Both the position numbers and the translations under genes were made by a program. The notes beneath the pieces are model-generated. The model made no database searches. It was given only the letters and a program-made list of their open reading frames with translations, and had not been told where the DNA came from. DNA of 64,000 nucleotides from Anaerolineae bacterium (lineage in GTDB: Bacteria > Chloroflexota > Anaerolineae > B4-G1), in the NCBI GenBank assembly GCA_046760785.1, contig JBHIET010000003.1, positions 451 through 64,450 on the forward strand. Reading direction: 5' to 3'. Numbering within the stretch: position 1 is the first letter of the stretch; the number at the start of each line of letters is the position of its first letter. Shown in pieces: positions 45,462 to 54,713 of this stretch.

Positions 45462-47204
45462 TTATTGAGAAGATACGTCCACAAGCTCCTCGTCGGCCTG
45501 AAGAGGACTGGCCCCATCGCCGACCCCCAACCGGATCAGCCCGTCCGAGGCCCCCAGTGCCCGCGCCAGTTCTCGAACTGCCGTGCGCAGGATAGTGTCT
45601 ACGTCGGTGGAGGCACGCACCCGGGCGGTGATCCCGGCCAGGAGCTGCTCCCGCCTCGCGCGCTGCCGGGTCGCTTCCAGCAGACGGGCATTCTCTATGG
45701 CCAGCGCCATCTGGTCGGCTATGGCTTCGATGAGGGCGATCTCGTCGTCCGTCCACCGCCGCCCGCCCTCCATCTCCTGCAGTCCCAGCGCGCCGATGAC
45801 CTGGCCGCGCAGGCTGATGGGCGCCACGAGAGCAGCCTCCCCCGTTCCGTCACCGGTGCCCGGCTGTGCGACGATCTCCTGCTGCGCCACTGCCCGCTCA
45901 ACCTCGGGCAGCGTGGCCTCGCCAAGAGGGGGCACGTCTGGCCGGGTACGTTCGTAGAGGGGAGCAACGCGACCAGGTGTGAGCCCGGATCGCTGTTCGC
46001 GCATGAGACTTCGTTGGCGTTCCTCCATCTTTTCCAAACGTGCCTGGGTCTCGGCAAACACCTGCGCGTTTTCAATGGCCACCACTATCTGGTCGGCCAT
46101 CGCCTGCAATACGAGGATGTCCTCCTTGGAAAAAGCTTCTCGCTCAGTGCTGTGGATGTCCAGTGCACCGATCACCCGGTCACGAGACAATAGCGGCAGG
46201 ACCATCTCCGAGCGCGTTTCCGGCAGCAGTGGGTTGATTTGGATGATCTCTATCTCGTCGTCACAACGCACTGTCTCCTCACCAGGCTCAGCCGAGGCCT
46301 GTGCAGTACTAAACCGAGCCTGTGCCGAAGCGAGGTCCAGCGCAATGCGGGCATGACCACTGGCTATGCAATGACCGACTACCGAGTCGCTGTTCGCCCC
46401 GAACCCATGGCCCTGCGCCAGCATCTGATGGCCCGCCTCACCTGTGCCTGCCCGCAGCACTGCCCCCTGCCCAGATTCATCCATCAAGAAAAGGCCAACA
46501 TAATAGAGATCAAACCGGTCACGGATCTGATTCACCACCTCCTGCACCAGTTCATCCGGGTCAAGCACCGAGATGATGGCACAGGAGACCCGGGCAGCGG
46601 CCTGGAATTGGAGGGTGCGCCTCTGCAACAGAGCGCTGGCTGCGGCCAGTTCCTCCACTCGCTCCTCAAGAAGCATCTGAGAACGAGTCGCCTCAGCGCG
46701 TTTCTCTTCTACCTCTCGCACAGCGCTGGTCAAGGAGGAGTTGAACAGCCACTGTATCAGCGTGACAACAACAGCCACCGTATAGGCAGTGCAGTATAGA
46801 GTATGGAATCCCGACCACACCATCGGTTTCTGCCAGATGAAACGGATCAGCAGGAAGACAAGGGGCGCTCCTCCTAGGACGATCACTCCGTACAGCAGGA
46901 TATTAAGGATTCTGATACGCTGTCTCCCCAGTTTGAGCTCCCAGGAGGTGGTGCTTGTCGAGGGAATCCCTTGCTCTTTCCTGGTTACTTCCGACTCTAG
47001 CGGAACTGATGGAGGAGCTTCCACTACCGGTGGCTCGGCTACGACACGCTCACCTACGTCTCTGCCTTCGAGGAGGCCGGCGACGACTGTTTCCTCCAGC
47101 GGAGATTCCTCCCACTTCTCCCCTGCCTCTGGCCCCGGCTCCTGCTCAGGGATGGCGGCGGAAAACAGCCCCTTGAGATGGTCTCTGAGGTCTTTACTTA
47201 CCAT
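45462..47204 (-). CDS. kinase-less paralogue 2: basic N-terminal peptide, acidic low-complexity region, 2 TM, coiled coil, GAF, partial GAF, C-terminal truncated GAF-like module
   Basis: 580 aa. The start overlaps the ParA-like stop by 11 nt. GAF …DRFDLYYVGLFLMDE…LPETRSEMVLPL…. Ends …ITARVRASTDVDTILRTAVRELARALGASDGLIRLG…. Confidence 0.8.
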   Translation of the reverse strand: MVSKDLRDHLKGLFSAAIPEQEPGPEAGEKWEESPLEETVVAGLLEGRDVGERVVAEPPVVEAPPSVPLESEVTRKEQGIPSTSTTSWELKLGRQRIRILNILLYGVIVLGGAPLVFLLIRFIWQKPMVWSGFHTLYCTAYTVAVVVTLIQWLFNSSLTSAVREVEEKRAEATRSQMLLEERVEELAAASALLQRRTLQFQAAARVSCAIISVLDPDELVQEVVNQIRDRFDLYYVGLFLMDESGQGAVLRAGTGEAGHQMLAQGHGFGANSDSVVGHCIASGHARIALDLASAQARFSTAQASAEPGEETVRCDDEIEIIQINPLLPETRSEMVLPLLSRDRVIGALDIHSTEREAFSKEDILVLQAMADQIVVAIENAQVFAETQARLEKMEERQRSLMREQRSGLTPGRVAPLYERTRPDVPPLGEATLPEVERAVAQQEIVAQPGTGDGTGEAALVAPISLRGQVIGALGLQEMEGGRRWTDDEIALIEAIADQMALAIENARLLEATRQRARREQLLAGITARVRASTDVDTILRTAVRELARALGASDGLIRLGVGDGASPLQADEELVDVSSQ

Positions 47205-47958
47205 GATTCATCAACTCCTTGGCCAGGGCGCGGTACTGTTGAGCCCCACGGGTCTTCGGCGCATAAAGTGTGATCGGTTGACCAAACACCGGGCTTTCCC
47301 TCAACCTGGTATCCACCTCGATAACAGTACTGAAGAGTACCTCGCTCAGTCCCCGCTGCATCTGGCCAAGTATGACCCGGCAGATCTTGTTGCGCCGGTC
47401 ATACATCGTCACCAGCACGCGGTACTTCAGCCGTGGGTTGGTCTTCTCTCGCACGCGCTGAACCAGTTTCACAAAGTGAAGGAGCGTGTGAGCGGCATAA
47501 TACTCACATTGGATGGGAATGACGAGCAAATCAGCCGCCGTCAGGGCATTGAGGGTCAGTGTCCCCAGGGAGGGCGGACAGTCAATCAGGACAAAGTCGT
47601 AGAAACCCTCGTCCATAATATCCAGCCCGTTCTTCAATCTGAATTGATAGCCCGGTCGCCCATAGAGGATTCTGTCGAGGACGACGAGCCCCTGATTGGC
47701 AGGCACGATGTCCAGGCCGTATACCGGACTCTCGCGGCTGACGCCAACCAGCGAGGCGTTTCCCAGAAGGGCATCTCCCACTGTGCGACGCAACTCCCTC
47801 GGTTTCAACCCCATCGAGAGAGTGAGATTGGCCTGGGGGTCAAGATCAACGAGCAGGACAATCTGCCCCATCTCGGACAGGCAGGCTCCCAACGACAGGC
47901 AGGTAGTGGTCTTGGCCACCCCTCCCTTTTGATTGCTGATGGCGATAGTTGTAGCCAT
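47194..47958 (-). CDS. orphan ParA/Soj-type deviant Walker A ATPase
   Basis: MATTIAISNQKGGVAKTTT (KGGxxK[ST] deviant Walker A). Walker A' LLVDLDPQ and Walker B VLIDCPPS. No ParB-like gene in the window. Confidence 0.9.
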   Translation of the reverse strand: MATTIAISNQKGGVAKTTTCLSLGACLSEMGQIVLLVDLDPQANLTLSMGLKPRELRRTVGDALLGNASLVGVSRESPVYGLDIVPANQGLVVLDRILYGRPGYQFRLKNGLDIMDEGFYDFVLIDCPPSLGTLTLNALTAADLLVIPIQCEYYAAHTLLHFVKLVQRVREKTNPRLKYRVLVTMYDRRNKICRVILGQMQRGLSEVLFSTVIEVDTRLRESPVFGQPITLYAPKTRGAQQYRALAKELMNHGK

Positions 47959-47978
47959 AGCTGATCCCTTCCTATTGC

Positions 47979-50810
47979 TTATGCTCCATCCTTCTCATCA
48001 TCCTGTGCCGACGGGGCAGCCTCCAGTCGCACAAAGGCGCGCGACGTCCCCAACACGCCGAAAAGCTCATCCACTGCTGCCTGTACGATGCCCTCTACGC
48101 CGCTGGCGCGGCGCATCTTATCCGTGATCTCGCGGGTCAACCGCTCGCGGACAGCGCGGCGCTGCGCATCCTCATAGAGCCGGGCGCTTTCCAGCGTCTC
48201 TCCCAACTGGTCGGCCAGTGTCTCTAACACAGCGACCTCCTCGGCTGTCCAGCCGCCTGCATCGCCAGTTTTGTAGGTATCCAATATGCCGATCACGTTG
48301 CCACGTACTTTAATGGGCACGGCCAAAGGATTTGGGGTTTGAGATTTGGAATCTGGAATTTGGACGGTCTTTCCTTCCTCCAAGGCCCGTTCCATCTCAG
48401 GTCGCCATATATCCCCAGCACTGGTGACGCCGCGCTCGTCGCTGCGGTAGGACAGATCAGACTGGGTGCGCAGCAATCCGGCCCAGGCTTCACGGCTCAA
48501 TTCGCTGTAGGCGCGGCGCGTCGCCTCCAGGGCCGCCTGAGTCTCGGTGAACAGCCGCGCATTGTCGAGGGCGACCGCCACCTGATCGGCCAAAGTCTGC
48601 AATACGGCGACGGCGGCCTCATCAAAGGCAGAGGGTTGGTCGCTCTGGACCGTCAGCGCACCAATGACGCGGCCGCGCGAGCGCAGGGGCAGGGCCACCT
48701 CGGAGCGGGTGTCCGGCAGCTCTGCAGTGGCCAGACGCACAGCATCTTCACCGACGTCCAGCGCGACACGCGCCTGCGCGTTGGCAATGCTCCAGCCAAT
48801 CATTCCCTCGCCAGCCTTGATGCGGTGACCACGGGCCAGCATCGCCCGACCAGCATCGCCGGTGCCAGCCCGCAGCACAGCCCACTCGCCGGCCTCGTCC
48901 ACCAGGAACAGCCCCACGTAGTACAGGCCAAACCGCTCGCGGATCAACTCGACCACCTGTCGGATCAACTGGTCCGCATCCAGAATGGACGACGCCGCAC
49001 GGCCCACTGCGGCTGAGGCTTCCAGGTAGGCCGAGCGTTGCTCCAGCTCGCGGGTACGCCGGGCCACGCGCTGCTCCAGGCTGCCGATGAGGCCGCGCAA
49101 CTGGGCGGTCATGCTGTTGAAGGCTCGCCCCAGCGTACCTACCTCGTCCTCTCGCTCCACTTTGGCGATGCGTTCCAGGTCACCGGCCGCGATCTGCGTG
49201 GCCGTTTCCGCCAGATCGCCCAGCGGGGTGGCGATGCTGCGGGTGATGAACAGTGAAGCGACCACGGCGAGTATCACGGAGACCAACGCCACGCCCACGT
49301 TGATGACCAGCGTCGCATACGTTGCGCCAAAGGCCTCCGCCTGGCTTTGTTCGGCCAGCAGCACGACCTGGAGTTCCGGCAGCCAGTGATAGACCCCGAT
49401 CACGGGTACACCCCGATAGTCGTCGTACAAGCCGGAACCGCTGATGCGATTTTCTATCGCCGCGTCGGCTCCCTGGGTACGCACATAGATTCCTTCCTCG
49501 CCGGAGCGCAACTCAGTCAACAAGGCACGGTCGCGGCCGATAATATAGGTCTCCCCCGTCTGGCCCAACCCGGCCCGTTCTCCCATGATCTCATTCAACT
49601 TCGCCAGGCCAGCACGACCGGCCAGGACACCCCACACACGCCCCTCTTCGTCAGCCACCGGGCGCACGACGACCACCGACATCCGGTCCAGCGAGGAGGA
49701 GTAGAACGGCGGCTGTACGTAGGGCCCTTTTACTCCTTCCTGGAAATAAGTCTGGTCACTGTAAATCTCGCCCTCCCGCTCGGCGTCGGTGGAGAGGACC
49801 ACTTGCCCCTGGAGATTCATCAGGAACAATTCCTCAAACCGCCCCGCCTGTTCAATCGCCTGTTGGAAATGGCTCCGCACCCGATATGCCAGATACTCGG
49901 ATGGCTCTGGTAATTGCAACAACATAATCGTGCGCGGCATCGCCTCCTCTCCGGTCAACGCAGTAACCAGATTGGTTTGCAGACTGCTCACCCACGTCTC
50001 AATCTCGGCCTCTTTAAGTGTAGCCACTGATTCGAGTTGATTAATCGCTTGCTGTCGCCCGCTCCGCCAGCCTAACACGGCCGAGCCAGCGCCGGTGACG
50101 GCCGCCGGCAGCAAGACCATCGTCACGAAAGCGATGAGCAAGCGGGTGCGGATGGTGCCCAGGCGGAAGGCTCGGGCAATCTGCCACAGGACCGCCAGCG
50201 CCGCCAGGCCCGTTATGCCCGGTATAATAGTGCCCAACAGGATAGACTGCGCAATATCGTAGCGGGGCAACGGCTCAAACTGATTGACCAGCCAGACGTA
50301 GATTCCGAACAAGCTGGCTATGACCAACCAAGAAACCCATTTGCGGGGCATGATCATACTGCCCGTCAGGATGATGAGCAAGATACCGCCCACTGTAAGA
50401 TACAAGGTCGCACCGCTCCAGATCAACTCGGCACCACCGTAGGCAACCACCAGGCCAAAAATCGCCCAGTATCCTGCAGCGTCGAGCTTCCCTTGCCGGG
50501 CCAGGTGATAACCCACAGCCGCGGACACAAGAGACAGCACAAGGAACCCAACTTCGGTCAGTATTTGCCAGGCCCCGGTTTGCACGTAGAACAGCACGTA
50601 GAGGACGATGCTGATAATAGCGCCAGCGACCAGAATCAACGCCAATCGCCTGAAACTCGTCATGCGACGTTGCTCGTCCGAGATTCCAGCCACGGGCTGT
50701 CTGTTCTGCGGCAGGTTTTGCGCAGCATCCGTGTGGGACGGGGCAGCGCCTTGAACTGCCTCCTCGGAGGCGCGGTGGGCCGACGCGACTACTTTTGTTT
50801 CCTCAGGCAT
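47979..50810 (-). CDS. kinase-less sensor paralogue 3: ~6 TM, dCache-like domain, TM, HAMP, GAF, partial GAF, C-terminal truncated GAF-like module
   Basis: 943 aa. The HAMP and Cache regions are closely similar to paralogue 1. No kinase domains. Confidence 0.85.
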   Translation of the reverse strand: MPEETKVVASAHRASEEAVQGAAPSHTDAAQNLPQNRQPVAGISDEQRRMTSFRRLALILVAGAIISIVLYVLFYVQTGAWQILTEVGFLVLSLVSAAVGYHLARQGKLDAAGYWAIFGLVVAYGGAELIWSGATLYLTVGGILLIILTGSMIMPRKWVSWLVIASLFGIYVWLVNQFEPLPRYDIAQSILLGTIIPGITGLAALAVLWQIARAFRLGTIRTRLLIAFVTMVLLPAAVTGAGSAVLGWRSGRQQAINQLESVATLKEAEIETWVSSLQTNLVTALTGEEAMPRTIMLLQLPEPSEYLAYRVRSHFQQAIEQAGRFEELFLMNLQGQVVLSTDAEREGEIYSDQTYFQEGVKGPYVQPPFYSSSLDRMSVVVVRPVADEEGRVWGVLAGRAGLAKLNEIMGERAGLGQTGETYIIGRDRALLTELRSGEEGIYVRTQGADAAIENRISGSGLYDDYRGVPVIGVYHWLPELQVVLLAEQSQAEAFGATYATLVINVGVALVSVILAVVASLFITRSIATPLGDLAETATQIAAGDLERIAKVEREDEVGTLGRAFNSMTAQLRGLIGSLEQRVARRTRELEQRSAYLEASAAVGRAASSILDADQLIRQVVELIRERFGLYYVGLFLVDEAGEWAVLRAGTGDAGRAMLARGHRIKAGEGMIGWSIANAQARVALDVGEDAVRLATAELPDTRSEVALPLRSRGRVIGALTVQSDQPSAFDEAAVAVLQTLADQVAVALDNARLFTETQAALEATRRAYSELSREAWAGLLRTQSDLSYRSDERGVTSAGDIWRPEMERALEEGKTVQIPDSKSQTPNPLAVPIKVRGNVIGILDTYKTGDAGGWTAEEVAVLETLADQLGETLESARLYEDAQRRAVRERLTREITDKMRRASGVEGIVQAAVDELFGVLGTSRAFVRLEAAPSAQDDEKDGA
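48328..48362. repeat. 5 degenerate heptamers inside the paralogue 3 coding sequence
   Basis: ggatttg gggtttg agatttg gaatctg gaatttg. Encodes …IPDSKSQTPNPL… in a loop that varies among the paralogues. Confidence 0.75.
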
Positions 50811-50858
50811 AGTTGCCTCCAGCTTGGGATGGGAGTGCCGCCACTATTGAAACTCACC

Positions 50859-52601
50859 TCACTCAACGCCATCTCCGGCTTCATCCGTTGGCCGGGTCGC
50901 CAGCCGGATCACGACCTCCGGCAGCCCCAACGCCTGGCGCACCTGTTGCACAGCGGTCTTAAGTATGGTCTCCGTATCCAGCGTCTCGCGCATGCGGGCC
51001 GCAATATCGCCGATCAGCCGCTCGCGAGCGGCGCGGCGCTGGGTCTCATCAATCAGGCGCAAGTTCTCAATAGTCAGTCCAACCTGCTCGGCGACGGTTT
51101 CCGCCAGAGCGATATCCTGGGTCGTCCACGGTCGTTGGCGACGTGTTTCGTGCAGAGCCATCGTGCCTATGACCTGCCCCCGCAACTTCAGGGGCACCAC
51201 GAGCGCCGTCTGGGATGTAGGAGGCTCCGCATCAGAGCCTGGAAAGGGACTGTCTGTAGCAACTGCCCGTCCGTGCATCATCACCGCGCGCCGGGCCTCG
51301 CGCAAGAATTCTCCATCCCCCACCTCTGCTCCCGGCTGGGTGTAGTCAATCCGAGTCACCGGCCCGGCAGCCAAGAACTCCTTCCAGGCCTGGGCCAGGT
51401 AGCGTCGGTGGGCAGCCCGCACTTCCTTCAAAGCAGCTTCAGTCTGGCTGAAGAGTCGAGCATTGTCAACCGCTACTGCCACCTGATCGGCCACCGTCTG
51501 TAGGGCAGTGACGTCAGCTTCGCTGAAGGCCGCCTCCTGGGTACTCTGCACGCTCAATGCTCCCAGGACACGTCCACGTGAGCGCAGCGGCAGGGCGATC
51601 TCCGAGCGCGTGTGTGGCATAGGGAGGGCATCAAGCTGCACCGTGCCCTCTTCCATGCCCAGTGCAATGCGGGCCTGCCGATGGATAACGCACCAGCCGA
51701 TCGCGGTTGTCTCGTCTAGTTCCACTTTGTGGCCCATCCCCAGCAACAGTTGGCCGGCCTCCCCTGTGGCAGCTCTCAGCACGGCAAACCGCTGTGTCTC
51801 GTCAAGCAGGAACAGGCCCACGTAGTACACGGCCATAGGGCGGAATCCCTCTTGAATCCGGTTGGCCACCTCGACCAACAACGCATCTGGGTCCAAGATG
51901 GAGGAGGCTACTTGAGCGATCTCGGCCGTCGTCTGGAGCTGGGAAGCCTGCCGGTGCAACAGCTCGGTAGTTTCTTCCAGCTCCTGTGTCCGTGCCTGCA
52001 GTTGCTGATTGGCCGTGCTCGCCCTCGCCATTGCCTCCAACCAGCTCCGGTTGAACGACCACAGCATCAGTGTCAGAATGGTCACCATAAGCAGGAAGGA
52101 GCCTCCCTCACCGACCCACGTTTTCAACGCATTCAGGTCGTCGGCCACGAGAGGTACGAGCCATCCCTGGCTGAAGACGAGGGTGAAGAAGGCGTAGGTC
52201 AGGACACTGGCAATCCCGGCCCAGATGCCGGGGCGCGGGCCTAACAGGATGAAAGTCAGAGCCGGGAGCAACAACATCCAGACACGCCCACTGCCGGGCA
52301 GCCCACCCCGGCGGAAGATGAAAAAGCCCAGCAAGTAGGTGAGCGTGAGAGAGAGCGCCGCCCGAGGGCGATAGCCCAAGCCGCGCCAGGCCCAGATGAT
52401 CAGCACGATCAGCCAGCCGGCGAGGAAAGGCCACATCTCCATCCACAGTTCTGGCACGCTCAGGCCCGCCGGCAGCGACAGGTAGGTCAAGACTAACGCT
52501 GCGAGGCCGCCGGCCACCGCAGTCAGCAGCAGACCATTCAGCAGCGTGGCGCGGCTGCGTTGGATTTCGACGTCCCAATCAGATACGGGTTGTGTGTCCA
52601 T
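50859..52601 (-). CDS. kinase-less paralogue 4: ~8 TM, coiled coil, GAF, partial GAF, C-terminal truncated GAF-like module
   Basis: About 580 aa (ATG at 52601 or GTG at 52607). Ends …IAARMRETLDTETILKTAVQQVRQALGLPEVVIRLA…. Confidence 0.8.
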   Translation of the reverse strand: MDTQPVSDWDVEIQRSRATLLNGLLLTAVAGGLAALVLTYLSLPAGLSVPELWMEMWPFLAGWLIVLIIWAWRGLGYRPRAALSLTLTYLLGFFIFRRGGLPGSGRVWMLLLPALTFILLGPRPGIWAGIASVLTYAFFTLVFSQGWLVPLVADDLNALKTWVGEGGSFLLMVTILTLMLWSFNRSWLEAMARASTANQQLQARTQELEETTELLHRQASQLQTTAEIAQVASSILDPDALLVEVANRIQEGFRPMAVYYVGLFLLDETQRFAVLRAATGEAGQLLLGMGHKVELDETTAIGWCVIHRQARIALGMEEGTVQLDALPMPHTRSEIALPLRSRGRVLGALSVQSTQEAAFSEADVTALQTVADQVAVAVDNARLFSQTEAALKEVRAAHRRYLAQAWKEFLAAGPVTRIDYTQPGAEVGDGEFLREARRAVMMHGRAVATDSPFPGSDAEPPTSQTALVVPLKLRGQVIGTMALHETRRQRPWTTQDIALAETVAEQVGLTIENLRLIDETQRRAARERLIGDIAARMRETLDTETILKTAVQQVRQALGLPEVVIRLATRPTDEAGDGVE

Positions 52602-52643
52602 GAGCACTTCCTCGTGTTACTCCAAAGAAACCGAGTTTCTGAC

Positions 52644-54713
52644 CTATTCGTGCATAGGCGCTTCCAGTTCGATAGAAACATGTGGCACTCCCATGGCCCG
52701 TGAGAGTTCCTCCGCTGTAGCCTGCAAAGCCTGCTCTACATCCACAGCCCGACGGATACGGTCAACCATCTGGCGAGCCAGTTGCTCCCGTTCTGCACTT
52801 CGTTGCGCTCTCTCCAACAGTTGTGCACGCTCCAGCGCCACTGCCGCCTGGTCGCTCAGGACCTCGTAGAGGCGCAGGGCGGCGTCCGAGAAGGGGCCAG
52901 ATGTGGCACGCAGCACGACCACCTGACCGATCACCTTTTCTCTGGCGCGTAGTGGAATGTTGACCAGTGCTCGCGCGCCAGTCTGCTGAAAGACCTGGCG
53001 CGCACTCTGGGGCAGGCGCTCATCCTGCGCCACGTCGGTCACCACCCACAGGGTACTCACCATTTCAAAGGGAAAGGGGCTCTCCACGACTGGAAGCCGA
53101 AGCCCAGGTTGGAACTGAGGTTCCCGGTCCCTCCGCCACACCCCCAGGTACAGAAGGGCTTCAGGCTCCCCGGCAGGTGAGAACTCAAACTCCACCACAA
53201 TACACCCATCGGCCCCTGTCTCGGCCACAGAGCCAATGATGGCGTCAGCCACATCACCGGTCGCCGTCGCCGCAGTCAGGCGGCGGCTGGCGCGGTAGAT
53301 GGGGCTTATCGTCTCCAACAGGGCTGCCCTGTCGGAGACCCGCCGGGCGTTTTCGATGGCAATGGCAACCTGGTCGGCCATGCCCTGAAGTGCCCGCACG
53401 TCATCGTCGTCAAAGGCGGCTTCCTCGGTGGATTGGACGTTTAACACTCCTATCATCCACCCACCCACCATCAGTGGGAGGGTCATCTCGGAGCGGGTGT
53501 AAGGGAGGAGGGGGTTAGCAAAGCGGACCGCGTCCTCCTCCGCGTACAGAGCGATGCGGGGCTGGCGATGAGCGGCTGTCCAGCCAACCATACTGGTGTC
53601 GCCCACGGCCAGGCGGTGTCCCTGGGCCTTCATCTGTGCCCCGGCCTCGCCGGTAGCCTCCTGCAGGACCGCCCACTCCCCCGCCTCATCCAGCAGGAAG
53701 ATGCCAGCGTGATAGAAGCCGAAGCGGTCGCGAATCAAGTCTACGGTCGTGCGCAGCAACTGATCCACGTCAAAGATGGAAACAATGGCCCTCCCCACCT
53801 CGGCGCTAGTCTCCAGTTGAATGGCCCGGCGCTGGAGGGCGTAATTGGCTTTCTGGAGAGCCTCGGTCCGCTCCGCCACCCGCTGCTCCAGTTCGGCGTA
53901 CAGAGTCTGGAGGCGTTCGGCCATCTCGTTGAAGACTGTGGCCAGACCGCCGAGCTCATCCCCTCTCTCGACAGGGACCCGCTCCTCCAGGTGCCCCGCC
54001 GCCAAGTGAGTGGCTCCTTCCATCAGCCGCTGCACCGGGCCGGTGATGTTGCGGATGGTGGTGACGGCGGTGACCACCGCGGCGATCAGTGCCAACACAG
54101 CGAAGCCACCCAAGATGAAATAGGTCAGTTGGCGGGCAGCAGTAGCATCCGCGATGGCGGCAGCCTGCCGCTCCTCTGTCAATGAGATGATATTCTCTAC
54201 CGGCTCGGCCATGATCCGGTGATAGTCGGCCAGCAATTGGTCCTGGTAGAAATGAACGCTCTCCCAATTGCCTGCCTGGATTTGAGGAACGATCAGGTCG
54301 GCGAGGGAGTCCACGCGGGCCACGCGCCTCTGCGCGCGGGAGGCCTCCATCTGCATCGCATCCCTCTCAGGGAGATCAACCATCGTCTCGCTCAGGACGC
54401 GCTGGGCATCACCTAGATCCGCCCTGGCCTGGCTCACCACCTCCATCAGGTGATCCTGATCCTGCGCAGACGAGGCCTGGCCCAGCGCAGCCAACAGGTT
54501 GGCCGCAGCCCTCGCCACCTGCAGGGCTGCTGTTGCCCGGTCAGCCTCCTCCTGAAGGGCGGTGCTGGCCCACTCCAATTGCGCCAGTGCCCAGGCGTTG
54601 GTCACTACGCCGGCGAGCAGAAGCAGCAGGACCGCCACGAAGCCCCAGATCAGCCGCCCCCGGATGGTCAGACGGGTTGGCGGCACTCTCTGCACACGAT
54701 TCTCCGTCATCAT
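52644..54713 (-). CDS. kinase-less paralogue 5: TM, helical periplasmic region, TM, HAMP, GAF, second GAF-like region, C-terminal truncated GAF-like module
   Basis: 689 aa. GAF …DRFGFYHAGIFLLDE…LPYTRSEMTLPL…. Ends …RIRRAVDVEQALQATAEELSRAMGVPHVSIELE…. The start overlaps the upstream kinase stop (ATGA). Confidence 0.8.
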   Translation of the reverse strand: MMTENRVQRVPPTRLTIRGRLIWGFVAVLLLLLAGVVTNAWALAQLEWASTALQEEADRATAALQVARAAANLLAALGQASSAQDQDHLMEVVSQARADLGDAQRVLSETMVDLPERDAMQMEASRAQRRVARVDSLADLIVPQIQAGNWESVHFYQDQLLADYHRIMAEPVENIISLTEERQAAAIADATAARQLTYFILGGFAVLALIAAVVTAVTTIRNITGPVQRLMEGATHLAAGHLEERVPVERGDELGGLATVFNEMAERLQTLYAELEQRVAERTEALQKANYALQRRAIQLETSAEVGRAIVSIFDVDQLLRTTVDLIRDRFGFYHAGIFLLDEAGEWAVLQEATGEAGAQMKAQGHRLAVGDTSMVGWTAAHRQPRIALYAEEDAVRFANPLLPYTRSEMTLPLMVGGWMIGVLNVQSTEEAAFDDDDVRALQGMADQVAIAIENARRVSDRAALLETISPIYRASRRLTAATATGDVADAIIGSVAETGADGCIVVEFEFSPAGEPEALLYLGVWRRDREPQFQPGLRLPVVESPFPFEMVSTLWVVTDVAQDERLPQSARQVFQQTGARALVNIPLRAREKVIGQVVVLRATSGPFSDAALRLYEVLSDQAAVALERAQLLERAQRSAEREQLARQMVDRIRRAVDVEQALQATAEELSRAMGVPHVSIELEAPMHE

